Program-made: the position numbers and the translations under genes | From: Camelus ferus | Taxonomy: Eukaryota | Direction: 5' to 3' | Length of the DNA: 64,000 nt | Assembly (NCBI RefSeq): GCF_009834535.1 | Contig: NC_045698.1 | Span: forward strand, 1,118,001-1,182,000 | Notes under the pieces: generated by a model | The model's database searches: none | What the model saw: only the letters and a program-made list of their open reading frames with translations | Told to the model about the DNA's origin: nothing | Shown here: piece by piece, positions 44,936-58,564 of the stretch | Layout of the letters: each line of letters starts with the position of its first letter | Numbering within the stretch: the first letter of the stretch is position 1

Positions 44936-47900
44936 AAAAGTGAGCACATCTCCTGCCAGCTGAGCCGGCCCGGCCTGTGGACGGAGCGCCTGTCCGGCCA
45001 GAAGCACGTGGAGGGGCGGCACTCACAGATGTGGGGCGCCTGGGTGGGACCGGTGAGGTGGAGAGGCCGGGCTGCGGCCGTGGGGACGGTGACGGCAGGG
45101 CTGCGGTGGGATTCGGCCCACGAGGCCTGGAACTCCCGTGAGTTTCCCAGGACCATCCCTCCCTCTGGTGTCGGACACACTTGCTGTCTCGGCCGTTGCT
45201 TCCAGGGGCGGCCCCTGCACTCCCACCACCTCAGGGGGCTGGGGTCCCGTCCACCCTCCAGACGCCCGGCAGGGATGGGCCAGTGGTGCCGTGGACCACC
45301 TTCCGCTCACCGCCCGCCCTGACGCTGCCTGTGCGTTCCCATTGGTGGTTTCCCAGCGGAAGTTTCAACTTTCCAGCCAACGACTTCATTTCATCTCAAT
45401 CAGTTTCAGAGAAGCACAGGCAAGGCCTTCACGAAGGAGGTGAGGTTTGGACTGGTTTTCGGGGCAGCTTTCGGAGGGGCTGCGGCCTCCAGCCAATGGC
45501 AGGTGGCGGGGAGACCATCTGGGCGGAGGAAGGACCACGAGGGCGCGTGGCCCCGAGTCCCGGTGAGGAACCTCGGCTCCTGGACCGGGAGAGGCCCCGC
45601 CTGCTTCCTGGTGCTCAGACCCCCGCCCTGGGCCTCCATACCTTCCGCGTTCCGCCCCGGCATCCCCTTCCCAGGCCCTCTTGCCCTCCCAACCCCCCTG
45701 GCACATCCGGGACCCGCCAGTCGCGACTGAGTGCCGCCCATGGGAAACGTCTTAAGCAGCCCACGGGCTTCCCCAGCACCCGGTCCACAGCCCTGCATTG
45801 TCAGTGCAGACAAAGGAGAGATGGCGTCACAGGTCACCAGCCACTGAGCTACGTCGCAGGAAGAGCAAACAGCTCCTCCTGCTGTCACAGTGCAGCGCTT
45901 GAGGGGCCGGGACGCCTTCAGAGCCTCCGCTCTTTTCTCCCGGGTCCCCGGGAGAGCCGGCCTCTTGGCCCAGCGCCGCGGGCGTCTGCGCGGGCGGTCT
46001 GCCGAGAGCGGCGTCCCAGCTGCCAGGCTAACGCCGCCTCTCTTGGGTCGGGAGGAGCCGCCCGCCCGGAGCGGGGGAGGCCCGGCCTTTGCTCCCATTC
46101 AGCAGACCAGCCCTGCCGCCCGGGCTCTGTTCCGGGGGGTCTTCCCGAGGCCGCCCCGGAAGGAGGCCACATTCACGTGCCTGCCTCCCTGTGTGTCTGG
46201 CACCCGGGCCACCCGAGCCTGGGGCCGCCATCGCAGGGCCGGGTGCTCCTGCCTCTGTCTGTCTGTCCACTTACCACGCTCGGGGCCTCCCATCCCCAGT
46301 GCCTGCCCCTCCTGTTTGCAGCCCAAATCGACGCACCCTCATCTCCCCTCCCTTCTCAACACTGGACCGAGCGCTGGACACTCCAACAGAGGCCAGGAGG
46401 CTCCTTGGTGCAGTTCATTTTCCAAACGAGACGCAGAAACAGGGAACTGGAGCTGTCTTAATAGACCACTGCCTCCCCGAAGGGCTGGACGGTTCACCAC
46501 TGTCAGCACCTGCGATTGGACGGGACTCCTTTAGACCCTGGGCAACGGGACTGTCAAGATGGTGGAGCAGAGGCCCTCGCATGAGCTCTCCTTTGCAGGG
46601 AGGGCTGTCCGCAGCCCGCAGCGGCGAGCGAAACCGTCCTCACCACGCAGAGGCCGCGGCTTCTCCCCGACCTCCCAGAACAGCATGTGCACAGCGACTG
46701 GCCTCCGGGCAGCAACAGGACTGTCAGAAACGTGGTGTTCAGATTACATTGTCTCATAACGGGTTTATTTTGCTGGGAAATTCGGGGTTTCCAAGAGCCC
46801 TTGCTTTGGGTCAGACTCTGCTGTGATGGGTTTTTTTTTTTGTTTGTTTTTTGGTTTTTTTTTTTTTGGTACAAGATTCAACTTGAATCACCTCCTCATT
46901 GTAATTTGCACCCCCAAACCTCTTTCTAATCAGGATCCTAGCGTTTCTCCTGTGGTCTCATTTATTTTAAGCTTAAACTGTCCTCAGTAAAACTTTTTGT
47001 CACTGCAACACTTCAAAATGCTCTCTGGATGGGGACTCCCATCCTTGCGAAATCTGCAGTTGGTTAGGCTTTGGGGAGCACTTCCCTGACCGGCCCCTCT
47101 CACCAGGGTCCATACGGATCATGGGTCAGTTTTCCTGGGTTCCGTGTCTCAAATGGAGTTCCTCAGACCTCCACCTGTGTTTCCCTCAGTAAATCATGGG
47201 TCTTTCAATATAACGACCTCAGCATGCTATTAGAAGAAACAGCATGCTGTTAGATTTAATTATCCCATCACGGGTCATTTTCAGAATATCAATCACTACT
47301 ATAAAACCGAGTCCAGAATATTATCATTTGTGGGGTGCCTGGAAGGCTGTGAGGACACGTAGCTCAGTGGAGGCGTTAGGTGTTACGGTTCTGAAGGTAT
47401 TTCTTGATTTCTTACTCTCAGCTTCTGATTCTAAATGTCAGAATTAATTACAGGGCACATGACACTAACACAGATCCTTTACCGCTATTGCAGGAATGTT
47501 GCTGCAATGCCCCTGCGAGAGCTAGACTAGCTGTACGTTAACTTTCTACCAGGAAAAGTGTCCCCTTTCTAATTGGTGCAAAAGTGAATTGGGTGCAGTT
47601 CCCTGAGCCGGGCCCAAGGGCGTGTGCTCTGAGGGACAGGGTGTTAAGATGCCGGCTCGCAGGTGAGTTTAGACAGAGGCAGGGGGTACGTCGTGGAGGA
47701 ACCTGGGTACGTATTTGCTCAGCGGGTGAGCGGTAAGCCACACAGCAGGACAGTCGGCCCTGGCAGAGTGCTCTGCTGTCTCTGAACAAGTTGTGCCACG
47801 TTGCCAGCTCCCTGCGTGCGCCCCCTCACTGAAATCCCCCCCTGCAGCCCCTCGCCCGGGTTGCCGACCACGGGGAGAGAGGGTGTGGGGAAAGCCAGCG

Positions 47901-48173
47901 GCAGCTCCCGAGGGGCCGGTCGCCTGGCAGCGGGCAGACGGGCAGACGTCTGCCTGGCTCCGTGTGCCGGCCTCCTCCCTGGTCCTCGGAACGCCCCCAG
48001 GCTGGGAGGGCGCCCTGAGCCCAGGTCTGCCCGGCTGAGCGCTCACCCACTGCAGCTTTGTCTGTGGGAATGACTTTGATCTATCTGCGGTGTCTCCTCT
48101 TCAGCTAGGGCCCGCTCTGTGTCTCCAGGCTGACTTCTAAGGCCCTGATCATGGGTGCAGGACGGTGCCCTTG

Positions 48174-48313
48174 GTGGGAGGGGACAGCTCAGTGGTAGAG
48201 TGTGTGCTCAGCAGGCGCGAGGTCCTGGGTTCAGTCCCAGGCCCTCCATTAAAATAAATAAGAATCTAATTACTATCCTCCCCCCAAAAAACCCCAAAAC
48301 TAAAAAAAAAAAA
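48174..48313 (+). mobile_element. tRNA-derived SINE, camelid Vic-1-like
   Basis: gggaggggacagctcagtggtagagtgtgtgctcagcaggcgcgaggtcctgggttcagtccc...ctccattaaaataaataagaatctaattac, then an A tail. Confidence 0.88.
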
Positions 48314-51300
48314 TGGTCTCCTTGAGGCCCTGAAACCACGCACGGTGGGGACGTTGCTGGCCGCCCCCACTAAGGGATGGCCGAGGGGCGTCCTGCGGTT
48401 CTGCAGGCCGGCTTGGTGTGGTGCAGAGACATGGACTAGAATATCAGTCTGTCACCTGCAAGCTGTGCCCACGTGTGGGGTGGCGTTGACACAACCCGCC
48501 TCGCAGGATGGGGTGCAGGCAAAGCGCAGTCTGCCTGGTCCGCCAGCGCCCAGGGCCGCCCCACCCGGTGAAATCAGCTGTCCATTTCCCGGGGTCCTAA
48601 CTGTGCACAAAAGACACGCCTTCTGACAGGGACTGGGCAGACCTCCCTCCGCACCCGGACCCCGCGGGGCAGGTTCAGCGTCCTGTGCCGCTCGGTACCC
48701 ACCACGGCGCCCAGTGGGAGACATTTGAGCAGAGCTGTTGGCGTGGTGGCCCTGTGCCTGGACATGGCCGTGAGTCCCTGAATGGTTTCACTGGTTTTGT
48801 GAAGTGCGCCTTTGAGAAATGTTTGAGGAGAACCTGACTTGAAGTTCTCACCACGGCGGCTCCTTGAGTTCTTCCCATTGTGGAGAGACACTCCCTGCTT
48901 CTCTGCTTTGGCGAGAAATCGATCCTCAAGCCCCAGGCCTGGGCGCCCACCTGTCTTCTGACGTCTCCATCTGCACGTCTCCTGGGCACCGAAGGCCCCA
49001 GCCCGAATTCACTGACTTCCGTGTCAAAACGGCCCCTCGCGCGTGCCCTCTGCTGTCTGGGCCACCCCGGAGCTCACCACAGCCCAGGCTGCCAGATCTC
49101 ATGACAATAGTGATGGCTGGGCAACGGCCCTCACCACATCTGGAAGCCTCCTGGGAGGAGACTCGGAGGGAGGACGGCGCTTTGGGTCTGCTCCCACTCT
49201 CCCACGTCCTGCGGCCCCGGCTAGTCCTGCGCCAGTTCTGATTCACTATAAATGCGCTTCACAAACCATCCGCAGTGCCGCTGTCTAGGCTTCCGGCCAG
49301 GCCCTTCCCGGAAGTCGCTCCTGAACCACCTGCAGGCTTCCTGCCCCCGCAACTGTCCCTCCCACTACCCGAGGGGACACAGACCTGCCCCAGCACCCGG
49401 GCGATGGCCATGCAAAGCCCCCCGACGTGCCCCGGACAGCCCTCCCCCACACCCTTGTGGCCCTGCCCCTCCCTCAGCATCAGACTCCTGCAGCGGCTGT
49501 GACGGCGAACACGGGCCAGAAACACGGCCTGGCTTGGCTTCCAGCCTTGCTCGCACCCGGCTCTGCACGTTCATGGGGTCCGTGCTCCTGAAGGGCCTGC
49601 CCGCCAAGGATTCTGAAATGCCCCTCACCAGCCCCGCTAGTGCTCCCGTGGGTGCTGGCCTCGCCCGTCTTGGTCCCCATTTGCAGTCTGTGCAGTGACT
49701 GGACGAGGTCCCAGACCCCAGCTCAGGCCAGCTCTCCCCACTTTGATGTTAGAATGAGCCACCTTCCTGCCATTAGCGACACAGCACCGCTTTATTACTT
49801 GAAGCTGAAGGGGAGGAAATTAATTTTGCTGTCATAATTTCCTGGCACCCCGGGGTGACGGGGGCGCCGGGGGCGTGCTGAGCTACGTGTGCGCGGGGAG
49901 CCTTCACCGGGCCGGGCAGACGCTGCTGGCCGACTCTCCGTCTTGAGGGACTGGCCGCCGGGTTCAGACCATAGCCTGGCTGTGCCTTGCGGGAGGGAGC
50001 AGCCCGGAGCTTCCAGGGTAACACGAAGGGATCCTAGTCTCTGCTTCCATCGTGGCCCCTCTCGTCCTCGTGGTCCCGTTCCTCTTCCTCCCCTTCCACC
50101 CATGAGGACTAAGGTCCCTTGGAAATGTCTGGAGTTGCAGTCGGGCCCTGGGCTGAGTGTCTGCTCCGTCCCCGATGGTATCCCAGCCCGGGGCCGGCTG
50201 TAGTTGAGGGACGTGGACCGAAAAGGAGCAGAGCAGCCTTGCGGGTGACGTCTGATTGATTTTACGGCCATGCAGCCTTGGAGACCTGAGGCACGTGTTG
50301 AGAGAAACGGAGCCTTGTGTGTGGATGTTTGCCATGAGTGGTGGTCCCTCAAGTCCGCGGGGTTCCACGGAAGCCCAGGAACAGCTGCTTTTCCTCGGAT
50401 ACAACTCATCCCTCTGTGGAAGGAAGCGAACGCGGGGCTGACACCTTCCTGAGCCAGTGGACACGCGTGCCGTCCGGGCTCGTTTCCAAGGTGGCGCACC
50501 GAGGAGTCCACCCGGGGGGCTGTGATGGAGCACGCGGGGTGCACAGGGAGAGCCCACAGCCCACCAGCCACTGAGTGTGGCGGCCTTCCCGAGTCTGTGA
50601 CCAGCTGTGGGCCCCGTGTGCGGAGAGGCCCAGGATGAAACACTTCCTGTGAAGTGGGGGTTCAGGCACTTGTCCTGACTGCTGGGATCAATGTTCTTGT
50701 GAGGAAGAAGCAAAGCCCCTCCCCCAGTTCACACACGCGGGGTTTCAGGGGCCACTGTGTCAAGGCCACGAGGATCCCACCACCTGCTCAGCAGCAGTTT
50801 GTGGGCAGAGTGTGTGACCTGAGTCCACAGAGAACACCAGTGTCCCACTGCCTTCCTACTGGTTAAATTTGCAGCATGATTTTCCTTAATTAAACATGAG
50901 CACAGGAAGGTTAAACAGCTTACGAGAGGCTCTGAGAGCTCAGATGGGAGCAAGTTCCAGCCCCGTGGGGTGACTTTTGAAGGTGCCTGAGAAGGTCCTG
51001 CCAACCAGCCTCTCCCAACTGTGAAGTCTGCTACCCGCTGGGACTGACCAGGTTTCTGGCAGGAGGCGGTGACCTCTGGCAAGTTCCTTGCAGTGTCCAT
51101 CTTAAGAAGAAGTTTGATTGTGAAATAACACAAAGACACCTGCAGCAGACATTAGGGAGGGTGACCCTGCAGAGATCCGGCTTAGACGGTCTTCCCGACA
51201 CGTGAACAGAATTCCCGCGCGTGTGGACGCAGAGGCTGCTTTCCGAAGGTGGCCCCAGCCACTTCGGCGCAGCACTCGGAGCTTTGCTGAAGGTGCTCTA

Positions 51301-51524
51301 AGTCCTGGGGGTGCAGGCGGGAGACAGCCCTTCCAGAAGCCCCAAGAACCGGGCCTCGCCCACCTGCTCAGGTCAAGGACCAGGTACTGTTGCGGGTCCT
51401 CCTCGGGCCCTGGCACCCACGCCTGGCTGTCAGAACAGCATCTCAGCCCCACCATGTCTGGGCCTACCCCAACACCCCTCCCGCTCAGCCCCACCATGGG
51501 CTGGGCCCACCCTGCAGCCCTTCC

Positions 51525-51664
51525 CTTTCAGCCCCTCCCCTCCCCTCAGCCTCGCCCCTCCCCTCAGTCCCGCCCCTCCCCTCAGTCCCGCCCCTCCCCT
51601 CAGCCCCGCCCCTCCTCTCAGCCCCGCCCCTCCCTTCAGCCCCTCCCCTCAGCCCCGCCCCCTC
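51525..51664. repeat. 18-bp C-rich minisatellite, consensus CCCTCAGYCCCGCCCCTC, about 7.5 units
   Basis: Units at 51543, 51561, 51579, 51597, 51615, a truncated unit at 51633, 51646, and a degenerate unit at 51525. Confidence 0.9.
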
Positions 51665-53104
51665 CCGCTCAGAGGCGCTGCCCGACCACTGCAGAAGGCA
51701 AGGCCGCCTCCGACAGCGCCCGGGCCCACGAGTCAGTTCTTAGCGCGGCCGCCAATGTTGCCTGCGGAAAATGTAGATCCTCTCGCCTTTACCCAGATAG
51801 GAGCCCCGGCACTCAAGCCCGAGGGCTTACTGGCGACCCCGGTCTTCCACATCGGGCCCTGGCCAGTGAAGCGCGGTTCCCTCCGGCCAGGGCAGCCCCC
51901 TCGCTCTGCTGCGGGAGCTCTGGTCTTGCTTCTCTCCGATGCTTTAAAATAAACTCTTGTTAGGATGGGACACATGCCGCCACCTCAAAGGTTTGTCAGC
52001 TAGCCCTCCGGGCCTCCGCTGGGTGAAAAGCCCTTTCACAGGGTGGTCTGGGGCCGGGTTTCCTCCCGGTCCTCCGCTGTGCCCACCGCTCATCCCCCGG
52101 ATGGGGGAGGAGAGGGGATGCCTCCCGTGGGCATGCGCGGGGCATCTTGTCCACCATCTTGTCCTCGCCGGGAGGGTCTCGGAGTGAAGGCACTGGCCTG
52201 TCCCACCTGACAGTGCGCCGGGGAGGGAGGCGAGTGGGGAGGGAGGCCGCGGGCTGAGGGCCGCCCTCAGCTCTGCCCCCCCCGCCCCCCCCCCCGCCAG
52301 CCTTCTCACTCGCTGCCCCTCGGCCCGCCGTCCCCACGTCCTGTCGCATCACTGAGGTCAGCTCTGTGGTCCGTCTCCACCAGACCTTCACCCCCTCCCT
52401 GAGAAGCACCCCGTCCCTGCGTTATCTTACCCCGAGGCACGCCCTGGGCAGCATGGATCACCATCTAAGGGGACCTTTGTCTGAGTGCCCACTCGCTTGT
52501 CCGCACGCCCCACGCGTCCTCAGCTTCATCGGCAGGGACTCGGGGTGGACACTGGCTGGGAAGAGAAGTGGGAGGTGCCGGCTTCGCAGGCCGGTCCTTC
52601 CCCACAAAGACGCACAGCCCTGGTCGATGGTGTCCTGGGAGGTTAACTCATCATCCCGCCAGGTTACTAATTGGCAGGCAACACAGGGAAACCAGTGCTA
52701 CATTTTGGCAGTTTGCTCCAACATGCAGTGGAATAAGAATCATTTCTCTGCTGACCATCAGCGGCTTTGTATCGTCCCCAGTTGATGTAGACCCAGGCAG
52801 GGCGCTCAGCCAGCCACGGAAACGCGCTCCCAACAACTGCCTCCCTGTTGGGAAGTCTGGTTCCTTTCTTTTCTTTTTAAAAATAAGCACATTTAACTTT
52901 TTAGGAATTTTGCCTGGGAACCTTGGATATTTTGGTTCTTAACAAATAAATTTGTGTAATTGGGGAATGGGCTTGTGGATAGAGGTTATTTCAGCCAGAA
53001 TTTTCCAAGTGGTGTGTTTCAGACTTGTTTTCCTTCAAGCTGAATTCTTAAGCGTGCAGATTTGTCCTAGGAGAACACAGGACATCTGGTCCAATATGAA
53101 GGCA

Positions 53105-53430
53105 CTATAGATGCGTCCTGTCTCACAGAAACGTAATTCAAGTCATATGGGTAATTTAAAATTGTTAAACAGTCACACTAAAAAAAAAGTAAAAAGAAAC
53201 AGAAGAAATTGATTTTAACGTATCTTTTATTTAACCCAGTACATCCAAAATATTATTAATTTAACATTACCTAATATAAAAATGTTGTAAGGTATTTGAC
53301 ATTCCTTTTCGTACTGATTCTTTGAACAGTGTGTATTCCACACTCCCAGCCCGTCTCAGTCCAGACCGGGCACATTCGAGTGCTCTAAGGCCACGTGGGG
53401 CTGGTGGTAACGGCATCCGACACAGAGCTC
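53105..53430 (-). mobile_element. hAT-Charlie MER33-like DNA transposon
   Basis: aaaaaagtaaaaagaaacag...ttttatttaacccagtacatccaaaatatta...cacattcgagtgctc..gccacgtggggctggtggt. Confidence 0.75.
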
Positions 53431-53434
53431 TCGA

Positions 53435-53710
53435 GCGAGGGTGCAGAACTGCGGCCTGGGGCCAACCAGCCTGCCAGCCTGCTTGGCACAGCCCCGGAGC
53501 TGAGAATGGGTTTTACATTTTAAAATGGTTGGACAAAGAAGCTCTAAAAAGATGCGGCAAGGACCACAGGTCATGATGTTTGGGCTTATTGGTTACTTTT
53601 AAATGAGTTAGTCAATAAAGATTTAATTTTTTCTCAGATTTAATTTTAATAAAAAATATGGCTAGATGTAACTCACATGAACAAAAGCTCTGTGGGGGTT
53701 TGAGAACCAG
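53435..53710. mobile_element. hAT-Charlie fragments (MER58B-like and related)
   Basis: gagctgagaatgggttttacattttaaaatggttgg and aactcacatgaacaaaagctctgtggggg..tttgagaacc. Confidence 0.55.
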
Positions 53711-53787
53711 GTTTGTTCTGATCCCAGTTCAGGTGACAGTGTGCTCAGAGAGGTCCCAGCAAGTCAGGCAGAACTGCCTGGCACCCC

Positions 53788-53838
53788 GTCACCTGGTACC
53801 GTGTCTCCTGCTACCGTGCCACCTGGTACCACGTCACC
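53788..53838. repeat. 15-bp tandem repeat, about 3.4 units (GTCACCTGGTACCGT-like)
   Basis: gtcacctggtaccgt gtctcctgctaccgt gccacctggtaccac gtcacc. Confidence 0.75.
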
Positions 53839-55054
53839 CCTTGTCCAAGACCCTTCTCATCCACAGCATCTGTTTTCAAGGGTTAAGTGAGACATTTACT
53901 TCCTATTCACTTGAAGTCACTGTTGTAAAGAATATTTTCTGTTTGGTCACATTTGACTGTTGTTCCAGCCTCTCTAACAGGCTTCAGTGTCACCTGAGAA
54001 AGAGTTGCAGGGAAAGTGTGCTGATGGTTCTAGCGAAGAGATGCCCCGCGAGTTTGAAAGGAGGCATTGTCTGTGTCTTTATTTGCGAGATCACTGGCTG
54101 TTATCACCTGTCTTCGGTGACAAAACTTGCAAGTGTGGTATTAATTTTCTCTTAAAGTCATCCTGGCTGGACATGAGGCCGTACGCCCAGCCTGGGGCAG
54201 GGGTGGACCAGGCGGCTCTTGGCAGAGTGTCAGGCGGGTTCCAGTCTGAAGAGGTTTCCTCCCAGTCAGCCTGGACTCACCTGAAAACTTCCCAGTCCTG
54301 GCGTCTGGTGAGGTCACTTCTGACTCTTGCAGAAGACCCCACGTGTGGACCCCACGGACTGAACCACGAAGGGACCTCTACTGTTCCCAGGACATCCGTG
54401 GGCACCAGAGTGCATCTCTCAGCCACACTGGCCCCTGAGAACCCCTGGCTTCCATGACCCCATTTGGGGACCAGAGCCCTGGATGTCCCTTCAGCTTCCT
54501 GGCAACCCTGGAGGGACCCTCTACTGAGACTGTGGGGATGGGGGCTTCGGGGAGCCGTGCGCACCCTGGGGCCCCAGGCTTGTTTATGTGGGGGTGCACC
54601 TCATGCCCTTTCGTCTCCCGCTGGCCCGTGGGGCATTCGCTTCAGTGACGCCTTTGCAGCGTGGGTGCCAGCAGCTCAGCCAGCTGAGGAAACCTCAGGG
54701 AAGAAGAGGAGGTGGGATCTGCCGCGTGTGTCGTTTTTCCGTCAATTGCATCCTCCTCCAAGGATCAGATCCGCCCATTGGCCACTCCATCAGTGGAGCC
54801 GGCTGGGAGGTGGAGAAAAAGTTGGTGTCCCACCCAGACCCTTTCTCCCAGAGACGTGCCCTGTCCCCAGGGCAGGGAGTGCCCTGCTGGGCAGCTGTCT
54901 GCTTCCAACTGTAATTACAGGTTCTGCCTGGCGACGGGAACCTCCTCTATCAGGGGTCACACAGCCCACACCAGTGACTGGCTGCACAGACGCAGGACCC
55001 GGCCCCTGGCCCGGGGACTGGGGGCTGTTCTGCGGAGCTGTCGATGCTCCCGAC

Positions 55055-55225
55055 TAGAGCCATTTTCAAGGGGAGCACAGCCTGCAGCGTCAGCAGCCCC
55101 TGGGAAGTCGCTGGAAGTGCAAATCCTTGGGCCCCACTCAGAGCCCTAGGGTGGAGCCCAGCAATCCGGGTCTAACCTGCCCGGTAGGACAGTCTGATGC
55201 AGGCTTCGGGTGGAGACCTGGGCTG
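55055..55225. mobile_element. MER5A-like hAT element
   Basis: cagcgtcagcagcccctgggaagtcgctggaagtgcaaatccttgggccccac...gggtggagcccagcaatc...tctgatgc. Confidence 0.7.
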
Positions 55226-55724
55226 GAGAGCCTCCCACAGGAGCAGGGTGGGTCTTCTCTGCAGCTGGGACCACCCCCTGGCTTAGTTTTTGCTCCTGCC
55301 CCTCCCTGCTTCCTCCAGACCCAGCCCCGGCCCCGAAGCATCCCCCCAGGACATCACCTGCACTAGCGTCCTGGCCCCAGGATCTGCTCTTAGGAACCAA
55401 GGAGGCTTTAGAGCAAACGCTGTTCTGTCATCATCTCCCACCTTCTACCTCACAAGCCCTGTCTCCTCTGTGCACTAGAGCCCAGGGACAACCTACGGAA
55501 ATTCAGGGCTGAGTGGACCAAGGAAATCAATGCATCTAACATCTGACTTGTTTGTTTTGATGGGGGACCCAGTGCCCACGCTTGGCTGCCACTATGTCAT
55601 GTCCTCATTTCTCTTTTAAAAATTCAGTGAAGTCAAAGGAAAACAAAGCACCCAGGCCATGGTCAATATGAATTCTGTACTTGAAATAAGACCATACTGG
55701 GGCATTCCAACCTCGGCTAGAGTT

Positions 55725-56037
55725 AGGCTGTCCCATATGGCGGCCACTGGCGCCTGGTGGCAGCGCAGCACCTGCCACGTGGCCGCCTGGAGTGGGGATG
55801 CGCCTGCGTGCGATCTGTGCACCAGGTACCAGAGACACGGTGCAGAGAAGAAGGAACGGTTTCTCATTAATAAGTCTAGTATCGATCACAGGCTGAAATA
55901 ATAACATCTTGGATATGTTGGGTTACATAAAATACATTATTAAAATCGCGTTCACCTGTTTCTTTTTACTTCTTTAACGTGGCTGTGGAAAATTTAATAA
56001 CACGCATGCTGCTCCCCCTCTGTTTCTCTTGGACAGA
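55725..56037 (+). mobile_element. MER33-like DNA transposon, opposite orientation to the 53.1-kb copy
   Basis: gctgtcccatatggcggccact...atcttggatatgttgggttacataaaatacattattaaaat..ttcacctgtttctttttactt...ttggacag. Confidence 0.75.
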
Positions 56038-58564
56038 GCTGACCTGGAGCACACCGAGCACAGCCAGTCAGCAGTGAGCGCTTGCCAGGCGCGGTTCTGC
56101 GGGCCAACGAGGCGGAGCGAGCGGGGATTTGAAAACCAGCACAAACCAGACCCACATGGGCTTGGCCCCGCCGGGCTTGCGGCTCCTCAGCTGGGAGTGA
56201 AGGTTCTGGAACCGTGTCTCTTGGTTCATCTCGTCGAGTCTTGTTTTCGCGGTGCTGGATGCCTTCCAGGAGCGGTGATGCTGACAGCTGGCCCGGGTGA
56301 TGTGTAAGCCCACAGGGGCCGCATCTGGACGGCGCAGCCTGGGAAGCGGCGGGTCCGTCCGGGGTGGCGGGAGACCTTCGCGGGAGGAAATCCCGTGGTT
56401 CCCGTGGGTAGGTCGTCGCAGCGCTCGGCAACCTCCGCTGGCAGGAGGCCCATCTTCACGTTTGCAGTTAAGCTGTTTCCTCCTGATCTTTCCAAAAACA
56501 GACAGAAAACAGCTGGTTGCCAAACTCAGGGTAAAGTCCTTTGGGTGAATCAAAGGAAAATTTTATTTTATCCCTTAAATTTCTGTTCCATGAGCTAGAT
56601 GACCTTGGTTCCTTAAATAAAGACAATTTCGATTTTTTTCTATACAAAAGCAAAAGCAAGGCAATCTGGTAACTGCCCGTTTGATGGGGTATTTAGGCAA
56701 AGCATGGGACTTGGAGATTGGTGGGTATCTGAAACCACGGAGGCGTATGACGGTGCTATCTGCAAGTTGAAAGCCCAGGGGAACAACATTCTGGGAGAGT
56801 TCTTTATTTTTGTTGCTCATAAGATCCTTACATTCACCCCCAAATACTGTATGTGGCAACGTGACTAAAGTTGAAGGAAGCTGGCCCCGGCCTCAGAGCA
56901 CCGCACGTGGGGACAGCACGTGGTTTCCCCTGGTCCAGCACGACACCGAGGTCAAGGGGCCCGGGAAGAGTGTGATGGTGCCTGGGTGGTGACCTGGGAA
57001 GGCGAGCTGGTGGCTGGGCTCTGGGGACCGTAAGCGCCCGGCGAGAGGTCAGAGAGACTTCCCTCTAGGCTTTCTGGCCAAGGAGCAAGGAAACGGTTAT
57101 CGTGGTCGGAGAGGACCAAATATCGCAGAAAGCAAGTGTTTTTGTGGTCATACCTTTAACCCCTCCCTCCCTTCCTCCGTCCCTCCCTTCCTTCCTACCT
57201 TCCACTGCTCTGGTCTCCACTGTGATTATTTTCAGCATAGGTTAGAAGCTTTAGGTAGGGGCACTGAGGTTCACTTCCCTCAAAACAACGTCAGAAGCCC
57301 CACCTTTTGCCCCACTGAAATGACAAAATGCGAAGCCTGGAGTTACACTCTGCATCTAATGCTGACTGGCTGTCTTGAATTTCTCCCCCCATCCCCACAA
57401 GCCACGCGTCCTCAGGTGGGTTGGTGGCTCTGTGTTGAATTGATCTAACCTCTCCCCACTTCTGTGTTCACACAAGCTGGATCCTGAGTGAGATAACCAG
57501 TGACTCAATTCAACCAGACAGGCTGCTGGTTTTAAACCAGGCCAGGTGCTCACTGAAAGACGCAGGAGCTGACTCATGCATGTAGACATCATCAATATCT
57601 TCCTGGACTGTCCTGGTCTTGCCTCTTTGGCTCAGGAAAGCAGCCGCCTTGCAGACAGGCGTTGTCTGATCTCACCGCAGGGTCCCCAGGGTTGGGCTCT
57701 GCCAATTGTGGGTTGTGAGTGAGGGCCTCTCCGTGTCTCTGTCTGCCCCGTCCTTTCTTCTAAACGTGGACCCTTGTCTCTCGGTTTCTTTCTGGCACCT
57801 GCGAGCACCTGGGAGCAGTCATCGGAGGCAGCGTCCTCCGTGCCCAGGTGCCGGCTGACTCACCCAGGCCTCCCTGCGGCCCAATTCATTAACCGCGCTG
57901 CGCCTGGGCTGCGCCGAGAGCATGGGTGTATCTCAAGAATGGCTTGGCAGGAGCTGGGCGAGTTTACAGCCAGGAGGGGAGGGAGGAAGAGGCGGAGGAG
58001 GAAGGCACAGTTCCGTTGTGACTTGAACACCTGTCCACACGAGCCAAAGAAAGCCTCTCCACTCCAGTGTGCAGCTCCGAGCATGCGATCCTCTGAACCT
58101 GGGCTGTAATTAACTTCACGACGTCCCCAGGGAGTTCGGGAACGGGAGGGAGAGAGAACCCTGTTCCGTCCAGCCAGGCACCACGAGGAACCCAGGGAGG
58201 CGCCCGAGGACGTCAGAACAGGAAGGTCTCCCTGAAAGAAGACCGGGGTTCTCTTGCGTTCCCTCTGCGTTGGCCAGGCATGCGGTCCCCGTGGCCCCGG
58301 GGGCTCCTCGCCCAGCCCCAGCTCTGCTTCTTCAAGTCTCAGGCTTGGCTCTCCTCCTGGCACAGCCTGCCAAAACCCCCTTTTTGTGAACTTTTAAGTC
58401 CATGAGGATTTTCCAGAAAACGTTAATCTAAAATACTTTGTGAGAATCCTCTAAAGGACAAAAAATAGCGTTAGCTCCCTTATAGCTTGTTTTATGGAAG
58501 CCTTTCTTCCCAGAAACATGTTTTTCTGTTCTAATAACATAGCCATGAAGGTGATACACTGAAG

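Noticed and set aside
45181..46461. 426-aa plus-strand ORF
   Set aside because: GC-rich, with multiple overlapping ORFs on both strands and no domain or convincing start context.
48178..48245. tRNA-like sequence with A and B boxes
   Set aside because: It is the head of a SINE: degenerate stems, followed by SINE body and A tail, with three sibling copies in the window.
51525..51664. Regularly spaced repeats as a CRISPR-like array or coding PSPQ repeat
   Set aside because: Head-to-tail units with no unique spacers, in mammalian DNA; the repeating peptide is only the 18-bp period translated.
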